Shown here: positions 22,822 through 35,207 of the stretch, one piece after another
How the letters are laid out: each line of letters opens with the position of its first letter
Numbering within the stretch: position 1 is the stretch's first letter
DNA from: Folioceros fuciformis
Taxonomy: Eukaryota
Length of the DNA stretch: 42,744 nt
Assembly (NCBI GenBank): GCA_049999805.1
Contig: JBNGIO010005894.1
Location: forward strand, 1 to 42,744
Reading direction: 5' to 3'
Notes under the pieces: model-generated
The model's input: the letters and a program-made list of their open reading frames with translations, nothing else
Told to the model about the DNA's origin: nothing
Databases searched by the model: none
Position numbers and translations under genes: made by a program

Positions 22822-24299
22822 CCGCAAGGTGTTGGTCGCCTCTACAGTCCGCAAGTTTGAATGTGGCGGGAAGGCAGTGCTCAGGCCACACGACTACCGG
22901 ATGACCGGACTCGCCGATCACCATTTTCCTAGGAACTCTATCAGAATTGTGATAGTAGTGTAGCTGCGCTTTTCACTCACACTTCGCCCAAGTTTTCTAA
23001 TATCCTATTTTACCTACAATAATCGGCTTCTTGTATGCAATGAATGATGCTTGCAAGAGTGCTTGATAAGAGACGAGAGCCTTAGCATAGGGTGTCCATA
23101 TCACCCTGTTTGCTGCTAGTTGAGATGCCTCCAGCCAGGCTCCGTGCAAAAGCCAATAAAATCGAGTCAGCCTAACCCCCTCGGCCTACTGGCCATCTAT
23201 CCCCAACAATGACTCTGTACCGGGACGACGAGCACGGGGAGCAATCCTCGCGATTGCTCGTGCTCGGTGGGGTAACCCAGAAGCTGTCGAATCGTTTGGT
23301 GGGAGATCCACGTCCTACTGGCTACCGGAGTGTCACTGCCAGTCGAGCCACGTTTCCCTAAGGGAATCGCGGGCTCGGGTGGGAAGAGGAAAAGAAGGAG
23401 GAGCCTTTGGTTGAATCAAACGCATCCGCCACCCCCTCGCGGACTGGTTTCGTAATCCCGATTCTCGGATCTCGCACCGCTGCGAACTCGTGACCTCCTC
23501 GCTTGTGTGCCTCATTACGTCCAGGGATGGAGAAGGGATGCTGAGAATCGATCCTGGCTGCCGCTGGCACACCCAGCCAGTCCGCACTTAGGTGGCCACG
23601 GTAGGTCGTTTTCGTGGTCTGCCCCAGCGCCTACAGCGACCTGATTGTTGCGTTGATCTCTTCCCACAGACCCCGTGCCTGGATTGCAAGGAGTCTGCAC
23701 CAGAATTCGGGATATTTTCGAACCCCTTGCTGCCTGAACGGTCCGAGTCCCATTGCTCCGTGCTCTAGCAACCTCCACCGGGCCCGCGCTCCTGCCCTGA
23801 TTGGCACCGTGCCCTCTCCAGGCTTTCCAATGAGAGCCAGACTACGCGCCCGGCCCAGGCCTGGCCTGTGTGCCGAAACGCCAGTAACGAATGGCAATCA
23901 CGGATCCAACGGAGAACGAAGACATTTGTTTCTCTTGGTTTCTTTTCAATACTCCTCAAACTTTGGCTAGAATTCCAAAAACTTATCTTTATTCCCCATA
24001 GGATTTCCCCATGGAATACCGATACGCGTTCGTTCCAAATTTTTGGACGTCACAAACCTACCCGCATTGGTAGTAGAGCGCCATCTAGGCGCTCCCAATG
24101 AAGACAAACATGCAGTTGTCATCAGATTTTGTCTGACACGTCCAAGTTAGTCAATCTGTCACTTTACTGTCACAATCTTGTCATCTTTTATTAGGGTTTA
24201 GGTTTGAACATCCATCCTATATGTGCCAAGTTCCCAGCGAACCTCGCAGTGTTCAACCTTGTCAATGTTCCCTCAGCGCTCTCTCTCCATATCCAAGTC

Positions 24300-24480
24300 C
24301 CTTTCGTGCATTCCTATCTATCGCCACACCCATGTTCCCTCAACGCTCTTTCTTGCCTATATGCACATCCCTTCCATGCATTCTTGTCTATCGCCACACC
24401 CATGTTCTCTCAGCGCTCTCGTTCACATATATGCACATCCCTTCCACGTATTCTTGCTTATTGCCACACTCCTGCTTGCA
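24300..24480. repeat. Degenerate ~68-bp tandem repeat
   Basis: ctatcgccacacccatgttc..tc..cgctct...tatatgcacatcccttcca occurs about 2.5 times. Confidence 0.7.
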
Positions 24481-26559
24481 TTTGGTATGAGGTGAAGAGG
24501 AGAAGGGTCCATTCTCATACACTCATTCTCCTCTATCTCCGCACCTCAAGGGTTCCCTCCATACAAGTATCTGCATTCACACTTAAAAAAGATTGCAATA
24601 GCTTATGGAGAATGAAATTTCTATCTTTATTTCGTAGACCATGACTGCAAGCCAAAGCTACAAAGGGTTTCACCCCAAACCACACACACCCTAAGCCACT
24701 AGGAAGATGTCCCCCGTGTACTAAAGACGGTGAATGTGAGCTATCTTTTTTTTTTTTTTTTTTGCAAGAGTCGCTCTAAGAAGGTCGGCAACAAAGTGTG
24801 GGTGTAGAGTAGGATTGCAAAAGACTTGTGGAAATGAACTTGAACCACCTATTTGTGCTTAACACTCTGGTGTGCCTATGAGTGTCCTCTGTCAAGAACC
24901 ATTGGCCCCTATAGGAGTGGCAAGGACCGGTACCCTACATGGTAATCATCTTCCTCTGCAAAACACTTTGTGATATGAGAACTATTTAGAGGCTAAATTA
25001 GCCTTCTAAAGTGTCTTTCGTAGAAGCCAAGTATTCGTCCATGTGTTGAGACAGATGCTTTGCAACATTTGAAATGCTTTTACTCAATTGGTTTGAAGTT
25101 GCTGTAGGATGTTAGCAAACATCCCTTTTGAAGTTGTGAGAAGCAATCACCTTTGTACATTTTAATCTAGTTTAAATTGCTTGAAAGATGTTGGAAACAA
25201 GTAGCTCAAGTCTCGGCCTTATTCACCGAAGTTGTAGCCCATTTAATGGAAGATATGGAAACCAATGAAGGTCCTCAACTTCCACAACATAATTGATTGC
25301 GGGCTTGAGGGAAGGAGGAGGAGGATGGCATGAGTAAACTGCTTAACATCAGTAGCGTGAGGAACAATTCACACGTGCACGACTCCTCCTCCCTGGTACC
25401 CTCCTAATGATGCATGTCTTTGGTACATGGGCTTCTGAAGTTGTGAGGAGCAATCACCTACGTACATTTTGATCTAGTTTGAATTGCATAAAAGATGTTG
25501 AAAACAAGTGCCTCAAGTCCTAGGTCCTGGTCACCACATTAAATTTCTACATCCCATTTAATTTCAGGCTGCGTTTTCACGAGGTTTGTACCAACCAAAA
25601 GACTGTTGGGATTGGTCCACCTTGTTTCATCCGTTTTCCACCAGGTTTTTACTACGGCATGACCTGTACAAGTGGCACATATGTGGATATACCAGATGTG
25701 TCAGGTTTGTACTTGCGCCAAGCGCAGACACAACCCTATTTTTTTGAAAGAAATAGTGTGGACCAATAGGGCTTTACTATATTTATCGACTTAGTAATCT
25801 TTGGGTCCCAAGATTACGTTGTCAATTCACCCCATGTAAGAGCATCCTAGTGCGGCCTATAAGTTGGTCGGGCACTAACATCTGGCAAGTTGGGGCACCC
25901 TATCATAAGCCATTCGGATGGCACACATTCGTGTTAATGGGAGCTCTTCGGAATCAGCATTTCTTTATGACCTCTTCGGTCATTTGCACTCAGCTAGCCC
26001 CACGGGTCTATTCTCATACCGGCATGGGGATTTCAGCAACCCACTCGTCAAGTATTGCATGCTCTAAGCGTTTATCGTCTGAGCTTTCCGACATTGCAGG
26101 CTTTGGGGCAACTGCTATTCATGCCTACCTTGGGCCACTATGGAGGAGAATCGTCTACATATGCTTCTCAACTAGCCGTTCCAACACAGTCGATGCTCCA
26201 GAATAGTAACTCACAGCCAAGTACTTCAAAAGCAAGAAGGAAGAGATGAAGTAAAGAGGAGAGTGAGACGCCAAAAGAAGACACAAAACGGAACTGTGGA
26301 TGCACTTGGAAGGACCACTGGACCATGAGTTCTTGAGGCAACCAAAGCAAGGTGAGAAGCTTTCACTTCAACCGACTACAAGCTTTTGAGTGTGGGGCAT
26401 CATTAGGCTCTCAAGTGTTAATGTTTGTCTACATTTGGCACTGCTATGTATATGGAGGGTGTGTGGAAACCCATCCTACAAAATCTTTTGAGTGTGCACA
26501 AATGTGGGAGTGTATAGACTTTCAACGAATATTTAACTAAGATTTCATGTATCTTGTCC

Positions 26560-27545
26560 CACATGGGTAGACAAATGGCAAAGGGTCTTGATAAAGCTAG
26601 TAGGAGCCTACGACTTTGACAAGGATGCCCAAGCATGTCGCCAAAAGTGGCAGGACACAAACAATGACTACAAGATTGATTGTGTGCGAAATGTATCTGG
26701 AGCTGCAATCCAAGATAAGTGTCAATTTTTTGATATAGTTGATATGTACATGCATGATAGGCCCCATGTGCAATGTAAGGCCCATGTTGATTCTAATGGT
26801 GAGGGTCTTGTGGGTTTTAGATCTAGCAACAAAGATAGTGATAATGTTATGGTGTTAGATCATGATGTTGAAGCATCATGTGTTGCAAGAAAAGGCAAAC
26901 AAGTTCATTCGAGATATGAACAACCAAGGGGCCAAAATTCTAGAGATAGTCAAAGAAATGGAGAAACCACTTTCTTCTCCTAGAGCACCCTGTTCACACA
27001 TCTCTCCTATATGTGACCGCTTGAAAAGATTCTTACTCATTACAACTCCCACGCCAACCATAATCATAATCCCAAATGAAGCCCTTAGCATTGACCACTA
27101 GCTGAAACAAGCACAAATAATAGCCTTTTCGGTTATAATAATCATGGGCATTGCGTTTTGGGTGAAGTATGGGTATGTGAGAACCATCAATGGCATCAAC
27201 TACATACGGAATACCACAAATGTCTTGAAACTCTTATGCATACCTTTGCATTGTTGCCTCGAAAGAAAACTCAATGTAGTCATCATGCAACTCCTTTCAC
27301 ATGGCTTTGCAAAAGTCCAACACAACCCTATGCACAGCGGTAACACCAACTGAAAATACATCAGCAATAACTATCAAACAATCAACACCAGCCAACCTGT
27401 ATAATGCCATGACCATCCTCGTGTCCACTAGTATGACTTGATGGAACTTCGTGTCTTGTTTCTTCATATGGGAAGTAACAGATTTGCACAAATACTCAAA
27501 CGTATGTACACCTCGCCAGTATGCATACCTCGCCTGTATGCACAC
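26560..27545. mobile_element. Degenerate PIF/Harbinger DNA transposon remnant: Myb/SANT-like ORF (+) convergent with a broken DDE transposase (-)
   Basis: Plus strand 26588-26983 encodes DKDAQACRQKWQD..DYK..FFDIVD. Minus strand 27297-27545 encodes TFEYLC..DTKF..MALYRLA..IADVF, and ~27120-27235 encodes GIPYVVDAIDGSHIPI..DYYNRKGY. In-frame stops present; no TIRs identified. Confidence 0.85.
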
Positions 27546-27730
27546 CCCTAAGGACCTCGAAGCGTTCAGCCTATATGCACACCTCTAAGGACCTCGTAGC
27601 ATTTAGCCTATATACACATGCCTAAGAACCTCACACCATTCAGCTTTGTGTGCACACGTCTCTCACCTATATGGACACCCCTAATTGTCCCTTAGGTAGA
27701 TTTTTGGGTATTCGCTACTGCACAAGCTAC

Positions 27731-27940
27731 AGAAGAGGACGTCCCTTTTGCGCATTCCTCACTATGCAATTAGTTGGAGGTGAAGAGGACGTCCCTTCTG
27801 CGCATTCCTCACTATGCAATTAGTTGGAGGTGAAGAGGACGTCTCTTCTGCGCATTCCTCACTATGCAATTAGTTGGAGGTGAAGAGGATGTCCCTTCTG
27901 CGCATTCCTCACTATGGAATTAGTTGGAGGTGAAGAGGAC
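27731..27940. repeat. 50-bp minisatellite, 4.2 near-identical copies
   Basis: tgaagaggacgtcccttctgcgcattcctcactatgcaattagttggagg units at 27731, 27781, 27831 and 27881. Confidence 0.95.
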
Positions 27941-29366
27941 AAGGGGCTGAGACTAAAAGAGCCTTGAATATTGGGTTTTGTTGAAGCCTCACATAGAGAC
28001 AAGAAGCTTTACATCATTTACAAAGGGTTTATTGAATCGGTGCGTAGGTGCTGTAGAATACTAGCTCATGTGCCTTAGAAATTTGTGAGAGCAATTGACA
28101 CAGGCTGGTACTGAGCATGTGTTCCCAAGTTGTGAGGAATGATTACCTGTCAACGTTTTCATTCAATGTGGATAGCTACAAACATCCCAAACACAAGTGT
28201 CTGAAGTTCTAATGGTCATGGGCACGAATGCTACAGCCCATTTCATGCAAGGCATGTGGAGATGAAGTGAGCTCCTAAACTTGCACACCTTAATACCCTC
28301 CGGGCTGTAGGGAAGGATGTAGAGGGTGGCAAGTTGGTCACGCGTTCAGGGCTCCTCCTCCTTCTTGATGTCCCCGCAATGTGTGTAAACCTAATGTCTC
28401 ACGACGCATGTAAACCCTTGGTTTTTTCATGTGTGTGGCTAAGTTGTACTTTAAAAAATGCTGATGTCCTATAGAAACGCTAAGCTTTCAGCACCGGTGG
28501 TAGTTAAGCTTTTTGTTATTCCATATCATGACATTTTGGGAATAGTTAAGCTTTTTGTTATTCCATATTCGAAGGGGCTAGTCCTTTTGGCACTAATACC
28601 TTTTTTGGTACTACTCGGTTGTTCCTCCGACTTTTGGAGTAGATAGTATATTACTTTTTATAATATTTAGATATTATTCAACAACTAAACTACTAAAAAT
28701 GCGGGAATCTTGGACTACGCCACCCGGGTTCGACTTCTGCTGGTGGCCGGGCCGGGCTGTGATGGTGTTACGTCTGACAAACCTTAGCCACTTCTCCTGA
28801 TCAGGATGGAAAGTGATTCGCTCAGCCTTTTCTGCTTTTTGCATCTACGGCCTGTGGCGAAAAGTGATGGGATTTGGCAAGCCAGCCAGAGCCACTCCTC
28901 CTGATCAGAATGAAAAGCAGCCTTGTGAGCCTTTAACGCTTTTTTCCTCCGGGGGTTTGTGGCCAGAGTGACCGGATTGGCCAGTCGAGCGGTTCGGCCT
29001 TTGGAAAGATCTCGAAGTGCAGTTGTCCTGGTGGGAAAGACACTTGTCCTGGAGGGAGGGACGACAGATTCTCACGTTTGCGCTTTGGCCACGATCAGCG
29101 CTCATCAATTCGGACCCGCGTGGAGCAGCATGTCCGGCCACCTTTACGTTGTGGCCCATCCAAAAATCTTTGCTGCTGCCTTTGAAGGCGATTGTCGGTG
29201 CTTCTGCGCATTCACTTTTGGTGCAGATGGAGCTCCTAGGGCCGGCGTGGCGGGCTGGGCTTCTATGATGATGTCTTCGTCGGTTCGTAATGCAGATTTG
29301 GAGGAAACGCGAAGAGTGAAGTGCCGATTTTGAGGAGCCGGGACGTTGCCTTGTTCTGCAGGAACA

Positions 29367-30988
29367 ATGTTTCAGGACGTTGAGTTTAAAGGTAAGTGCA
29401 CTTGGTTCGTTCCGATTCTGTTCTCGTTTCAATGATGCTCGTTGTTCTGCATGCAGAGCTCCTGCATGATGCACGAATTTTCTTGAACTTCTGGTTTCTG
29501 GTTTTTTTAGAAAGGTTACGGTTATGGTGTTTATGCTTGCAAGCAGGGGGTGGCGAATCTGGTTCGAAGCATGGCAATGATTTCCTGCCGCTTAAGGATG
29601 CGAGGGAGGTCGTGGCGCGTTTGCGCAAGCTGTACCGGTCGTGCTGGGAGCTGTATGAGAGGAAACGAGCCAGTTATTGGATTCTCTTGCTTCTGAGTAC
29701 TCTTGGGATGATGGTTGCCTTTCCCGCTTCCTCGATTCTTACTCGACTGTACTTCGTCGATGGAGGCAACAAGAAATGGCTTTTGTCATGGGTTGCTGCT
29801 GTAGGGTTTCCCATTCCAGCAGCGGTGCTGCTGGTTATGTGCGTCGTTCAAAAGACTTGGCCTTCCCGTCTCTCCTGGGAGTTGTGGGTGGCCTATGCAG
29901 TGCTTGGCTTCCTCAGTGCTGGGGATAATCTTGCCTTCTCCTGGGCTTATGCTTATCTCCCAGCGTCAACTTCAGCATTGCTTACCACGAGCTCTCTTAC
30001 TTTCACTGGCATCTTTGCCTATCTTCTTGTCGGCTCGAGGATCACTCCGACGGAAACGAATGCCATCGTAGTCATGACAGCAGGAGCAGTGGTTTTGGCG
30101 CTCGATTCCAGCAGTGACAGGCCACCTGGTGTGAGTCAGAAGCAATATGCAGTAAGTCCTCCCCTGTGCAAAGGTGTTGACTGGTTGATGAAGTCTGATG
30201 AGAAGTCCTTCTCAATAATTGACTTCATTCGCAGGTCGGATTTGTGCTGGATATAGTTGGCTCGGCTCTGCATGGTGTCATTTTTGCTCTCTCAGAGCTG
30301 CTCTTCATCAAGTTCCTGGGAAGAAAGTCCTTCCGAGTGGTTTTAGAGGCACAGACGATGACCGGATTCTTTGCAACTCTCTTCACCACAATTGGAGTGG
30401 TTATTAACGGGGACTTCGCAGCAGCTAAATGGTACTTGTCGCTGCCTAGAACCCGATTCCGAACTGATGACATCCCCATCTCAATTTGATCTTTTTTGGA
30501 TGCTAGCCCTAACGGTCCTTCTGCTCTGCAGTTCACGAACCCTCACCAGCCCTGACGTATAAATGTATCGTCTCTTGTCCTCCTGTGACAGGGAATCGGC
30601 GCATTTCAAACATGGCAGAGGAGAGTATTTTCAGGTCTTGTTCTGGGCGGCTATTACATTCCAGTTAGGAATTCTGGGATCAGTCGGCATTTTATACCTG
30701 TGCTCTACCCTTTACGCGGGTGTCCTGAATGCTGCCCGGGTGCCCGTCACTGCGGTTGCTGCTGTCATTATATTCAACGATCCCATGGGGGGTTCGAAAA
30801 TTCTTGCCCTCATTCTCACTGTCTGGAGCGTGGGCTGCTATACGTACGGGAGTGTCAAGGAGATAGAGCAGAAGGCTAAGCTCACTCCAGATCCCCCTGC
30901 TCAGACAGGCAGCGTGGAAAACGCAACAACGGCCGATGCTTCCGGGCACCTTCGCCCTGCTTCTCTGGACCAACCATTTGAACGCTGA
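29367..30988 (+). CDS. Purine permease (PUP/PUNUT family, PUP5-like); exons 29367-29391, 29547-30151, 30235-30431, 30592-30988
   Basis: AFPASSILTRLYFVDGGNKKWLLSWVAAVGFP, LGFLSAGDNLAFSWAYAYLPAST and LYAGVLNAARVPVT; multiple TM helices; in-frame GT-AG junctions. Confidence 0.92.
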
Positions 30989-31245
30989 AAACGTCTACGC
31001 TGTAAACCTCTAAAAGCGGCCGTAGATGGTGGTGACTGTAGCACATGTTGGGACTGGCTGTGTCCTTGCATGTACTACATGCTTATTTTTTTTTCCATTT
31101 CGTGTTCCACAACCGTTTGTTTCTTTCATTTTGCGCCTTTGGTCAAGCAATCGGCGCTGTTCCTCTGTTCCGCAGCCATTTCCTCAACGCGCCTCCCGGC
31201 CTGACTTCCGGTTGACTACGACACTTTCATAGTCTGCGGCAAGGC

Positions 31246-31251
31246 TATAAA
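31246..31251 (+). promoter_or_regulatory. Putative TATA box of the GH105 gene
   Basis: cTATAAAg about 250 nt upstream of ATG 31494. Confidence 0.45.
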
Positions 31252-31493
31252 GAGGGTCCAGACACTGCCAAGCTCAGGACACTCGTCACCCACATCTCCG
31301 TGCCTCATCCGATACGTACCGGAGGGTTCCGGACAGCAGTACAGGCTGTAAGGCTCTCCGTCTTTCCATCCCGCACGGCAAGCAGCTATTGCCCTCGTCG
31401 ATCCGATCTCGAGAAGAATCAGCTGCTGCTCCCTTCATCTCGCATCGCACCGCTACTGATTCGCCTAGGCTTGAAACTCAGAGCTGTAGAGCT

Positions 31494-32663
31494 ATGGCGG
31501 CAGCACCGAAACCTGCGCTTCTGTTGTGCTTCTTGTTGACGCTATGGATGCAGGCTGTGGCGGCGAAGCAGCCGCTGTACTTGAGGATGGCGGACACAGC
31601 GCTGCAGATCTGGAACTCGACGGGGCCGGGGAAGGAAGTATGGAACTACGAGCGGGGTGTGCTCCTCTATGGCATTCAGCAAGTGTGGACGAGGACGAAT
31701 GATCCCAAGTACCTGGCATTCATCAAGAACCGCACCGATGCTTTCGTGGCCGATGATGGCACCATCCCGACATACAAATTAGGAGACTACACTCTGGACA
31801 ACATCAGATCGGGCACCATCCTCCTCTTCCTTTGGCTCCGCACTGGGGAGGAGAAGTACCGCACCGCCGCAGCACTCCTCCGAGAGCAGCTCCGTACACA
31901 CCCGCGCACCAACGAAGGCGGATTCTGGCACAAGCTGGTGTACCCGTACCAAATGTGGCTTGACGGCCTGTTCATGGCGGAGCCCTTCTATGCTCAGTAC
32001 GCGGTGATCTTCGACGAACCGGCTGACTTCGACGACATCGCGTTGCAGTTCACGCTGATGGAGAGGCACGCGCGCGATCCCACCACTGGCCTCCTCTACC
32101 ACGGCTACGACGAGTCCCGGAAGCAGGCGTGGGCCGACCCCGTCACCGGCCACTCACCGAGCTTCTGGGGCCGCGCCGTTGGCTGGTACTTCATGGCGCT
32201 GGTAGACACCCTCGATTTCTTCCCATCATCTCACCCGCAGCGCGCCGAGCTGATCGCCATCGTGCAGCGCTTGGCGGAGGCCGTGGCGAAGGTCCAAGAC
32301 AAGTCAGGGGTGTGGTGGGAGGTGCTGGATCAGGGAACCCGCACTGGCAACTACCTCGAGTCCTCCGCCTCCTCCATGTTTGTCTACAGCTTAGCCAAGG
32401 CTGTCCGCATGGGCTACCTACCTCGCACCTACGCCCATGTCTACATCAAGGGTTTCCGCGGCATCAGGAACCAATTCGTCGAGTTCCGCTCCGATGGCGG
32501 CATCAACCTCAACAGCACCGTCTCCGTCGGAGGCCTCGGCGGCAACCCCTACCGGAACGGCACCTTCGAGTACTACATCAGCGAGGCGGTGGTGACCAAT
32601 GACGCCAAGGGCGTCGGCCCCTTCCTCCTCGCGTCCATGCAGGTCCTCGCACACTCCCACTAA
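31494..32663 (+). CDS. Secreted GH105 unsaturated rhamnogalacturonyl/glucuronyl hydrolase (YteR-like, Glyco_hydro_88 clan), intronless
   Basis: Signal peptide MAAAPKPALLLCFLLTLWMQAVAA; WNYERG, LDNI, GGFWHK..YP.QMWLDGLFMAEPF, GLLYHGYDES, FWGRAVGW, YLESSASSMF and NDAKGVGPF. Confidence 0.93.
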   Translation: MAAAPKPALLLCFLLTLWMQAVAAKQPLYLRMADTALQIWNSTGPGKEVWNYERGVLLYGIQQVWTRTNDPKYLAFIKNRTDAFVADDGTIPTYKLGDYTLDNIRSGTILLFLWLRTGEEKYRTAAALLREQLRTHPRTNEGGFWHKLVYPYQMWLDGLFMAEPFYAQYAVIFDEPADFDDIALQFTLMERHARDPTTGLLYHGYDESRKQAWADPVTGHSPSFWGRAVGWYFMALVDTLDFFPSSHPQRAELIAIVQRLAEAVAKVQDKSGVWWEVLDQGTRTGNYLESSASSMFVYSLAKAVRMGYLPRTYAHVYIKGFRGIRNQFVEFRSDGGINLNSTVSVGGLGGNPYRNGTFEYYISEAVVTNDAKGVGPFLLASMQVLAHSH

Positions 32664-33139
32664 TGCCGTAGCATTCACCATGGCTCCGTGACCTCGCCTC
32701 ATCAACAATGCTTGCGCACGCCTTAGCGCTTCTGTGTCTGCTCGTGTAATCAACAATTGTTGCACTCTACTCCTCATTACGCGCTTCGCACCTCACGTTA
32801 CAGCTTGTGTTTCTAGCTACTTATTTGGGACATAACGATCCATGGGTTGGGCTGGCCTGGTCTGGGTTGTTAGTTAGGAGTGCGAAGGGAACCGTGTGTG
32901 TAGGTTGGAGGAATCGGATACGCATAGGCTTCTCCGACCAGGGGTTTGCATGATACGCGGGTACCCTCGGAGGTGTCACGTTTTGTAAATGTCTGTGTGT
33001 CTGATTGTTTGGTGTTTCATACAATCGGCAATTGCTGGAAAACCCCGTGGCGGGCTGCTGTTTTATCGCTCTCTCTTGCCACGATCTCTGCCAAATTTTC
33101 GCCTCCGCTTCCGAGACCCCCGTGCATCCAGCCCGGCCC

Positions 33140-34319
33140 ATGGAGGTTCTTAGTAGAGCAGCAGGCGTGGAGGCGCGACTGCTTCAGCAGCAGCAGCCGG
33201 CGACTTGTGCTGCCGGCGGTAGTGGTGCGCTGGGGTTTGCCAAAAGCGGGGTGCTGGCGTGCAAGCCTGTTGTGGTGCAGGGGGGGAGCATCAGCTGCCG
33301 ATGNNNNNNNNNNNNNNNNNNNNNNNNNNNNNNNNNNNNNNNNNNNNNNNNNNNNNNNNNNNNNNNNNNNNNNNNNNNNNNNNNNNNNNNNNNNNNNNNN
33401 NNNTGAGAAATCGCTGTGTTGCGGATCGGGGGCTGAGCTGGTGGAATGGCTGGTGTGTGGATCAGGTTTCGCGTCGTTTCCGACTGTGTTAGACATCAAC
33501 CGGATCCGAGACATTCTTCCTCACAGGTGCCTGTTTGAGCTTGCCTGGTGCAGCCGAGTAGGGGAAAGTGGCGTGTGTGACTTCCCGTTTTGCATGCGGG
33601 TGTGGCATGCTGGAGGAGGTGTCCCGGCCCGAGGCTTGGGGGCTGGGTTTCAAGGTGGTTGCTTGCAATTGGCTGCAGATTTCCCTTCTTGCTGGTGGAC
33701 CGGGTGATTGAGCATACTCCTGGTGNNNNNNNNNNNNNNNNNNNNNNNNNNNNNNNNNNNNNNNNNNNNNNNNNNNNNNNNNNNNNNNNNNNNNNNNNNN
33801 NNNNNNNNNNNNNNNNNNNNNNNNNCTCCTGGTGTGTCCGCTGTGGCCATCAAGAATGTGACCATCAACGACAACTTCTTTCCAGGGCACTTCCCGGAAC
33901 GCCCTATCATGCCTGGTGTTCTTATGGTCGAGGTGAGCTGGCCCCACGGGTTTCATTCGGGTTTTGGCACTTTCTTCCTTCCCATCTCCTATCTCTACGT
34001 TGTGTTGAACGTCTACGTGTTCCCTCTTTGCTTCTTTTGTTCCATGCAGGCCCTGGCGCAAGTGGGAGGAATTGTGATGCTACCGCCAGACGAAAGTGGG
34101 AGCGGCGGAGGCACCAAGGAGATTTTCTATTTCGCAGGAGTTGACAAAGTGCGATGGCGGAAGCCGGTTGTTCCCGGGGACACACTGGTGATGCGCATGA
34201 ATCTGATAAAGTATCAGAAGCGCTTTGGCATAGCCAAGCTGGAAGGCAAAGCGTATGTTGGCGGGGAAATAGTCTGCGAAGGAGAATTTTTGTTGGCCCT
34301 GGCGACCGAAAAGGAGTAA
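33140..34319 (+). CDS. fabZ: Plastid 3-hydroxyacyl-ACP dehydratase; spans two N gaps
   Basis: [57 protein letters not shown] and [17 protein letters not shown]. Confidence 0.93.
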
Positions 34320-35207
34320 TATTTCTTCTCCTTGACCGTTGTTTTACTTTGTCCAACTATAGCAGGTTCACAGAAATTGGCCTCGGAGCTCTTCAGAAGG
34401 CTGCAGGTCCTCATCTCAGGCAGACAGTTCTGGTCGGACTTGCCACGATGGTAACGCCGACAAACTGGCTATTTTTCTAGAAGAGCTCTGTTGCCATTGC
34501 CTCCTGTGAAACGCGAAAGGTTCGCCTCACGCGAAACAAGCTTGACATGAGCCGGGATTCACAATTCACGAGCTCACTCATGAGCTGGTATTTCTCAATT
34601 TGTGAAACTGCTTAAGCGCTCGAGTAGGAAAATACTTGACTTTCGCGTCTGCCTTCGCTTGTTAGATGCGTTGTGAATTTGGAACGTCCCCACAGTGTGC
34701 CCTGTGCTACGAAAAAATGATGCTGCAACCATATCTTTATTCCCTGCAGATCCCTAGGGACCATATACCATGGCCCCCTTGATTTTGATCCTTTCCATCA
34801 AGGGTCTGTCACAAATTAGAATGCAGCTTCATCCCTTTATATTTATTATGTATTTGCTTGATCCTGACAATACAACTTGGCCCAGCCGTCGGCTTCGGGA
34901 ATGGCAACAACAGTGCAGAGCGTGCGGAAATTCATTTTTTTATGCAGATACACGATAACAACCGCCAAATTATGCACCAAACCAGGATCTTATCTAGCCT
35001 GAACTGAAAAGCTATCAGCACGGTGCTCAAAGTTCACAACTAAGCACGTCTTTTCTGTCCGTTCTATACAAAGAGAATTCACAGCATTCACGATGGTGCC
35101 CAACAGAGGCATTCAAAAGGGATGAATGCGATTCCAACAATGAGAGCGAGATGCTCCACACATGACCGTACGTTAGGTGCAAACAGTACACAAGCAGCCA
35201 TGACAAC

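Noticed and set aside
27731-27940. 50-bp array as a CRISPR
   Set aside because: Units are head-to-tail with no unique spacers, there are no cas genes, and the context is eukaryotic.
16642-34319. FatB and FabZ as a fatty-acid gene cluster
   Set aside because: They are about 15 kb apart, separated by unrelated genes and a transposon island; no evidence of co-regulation.
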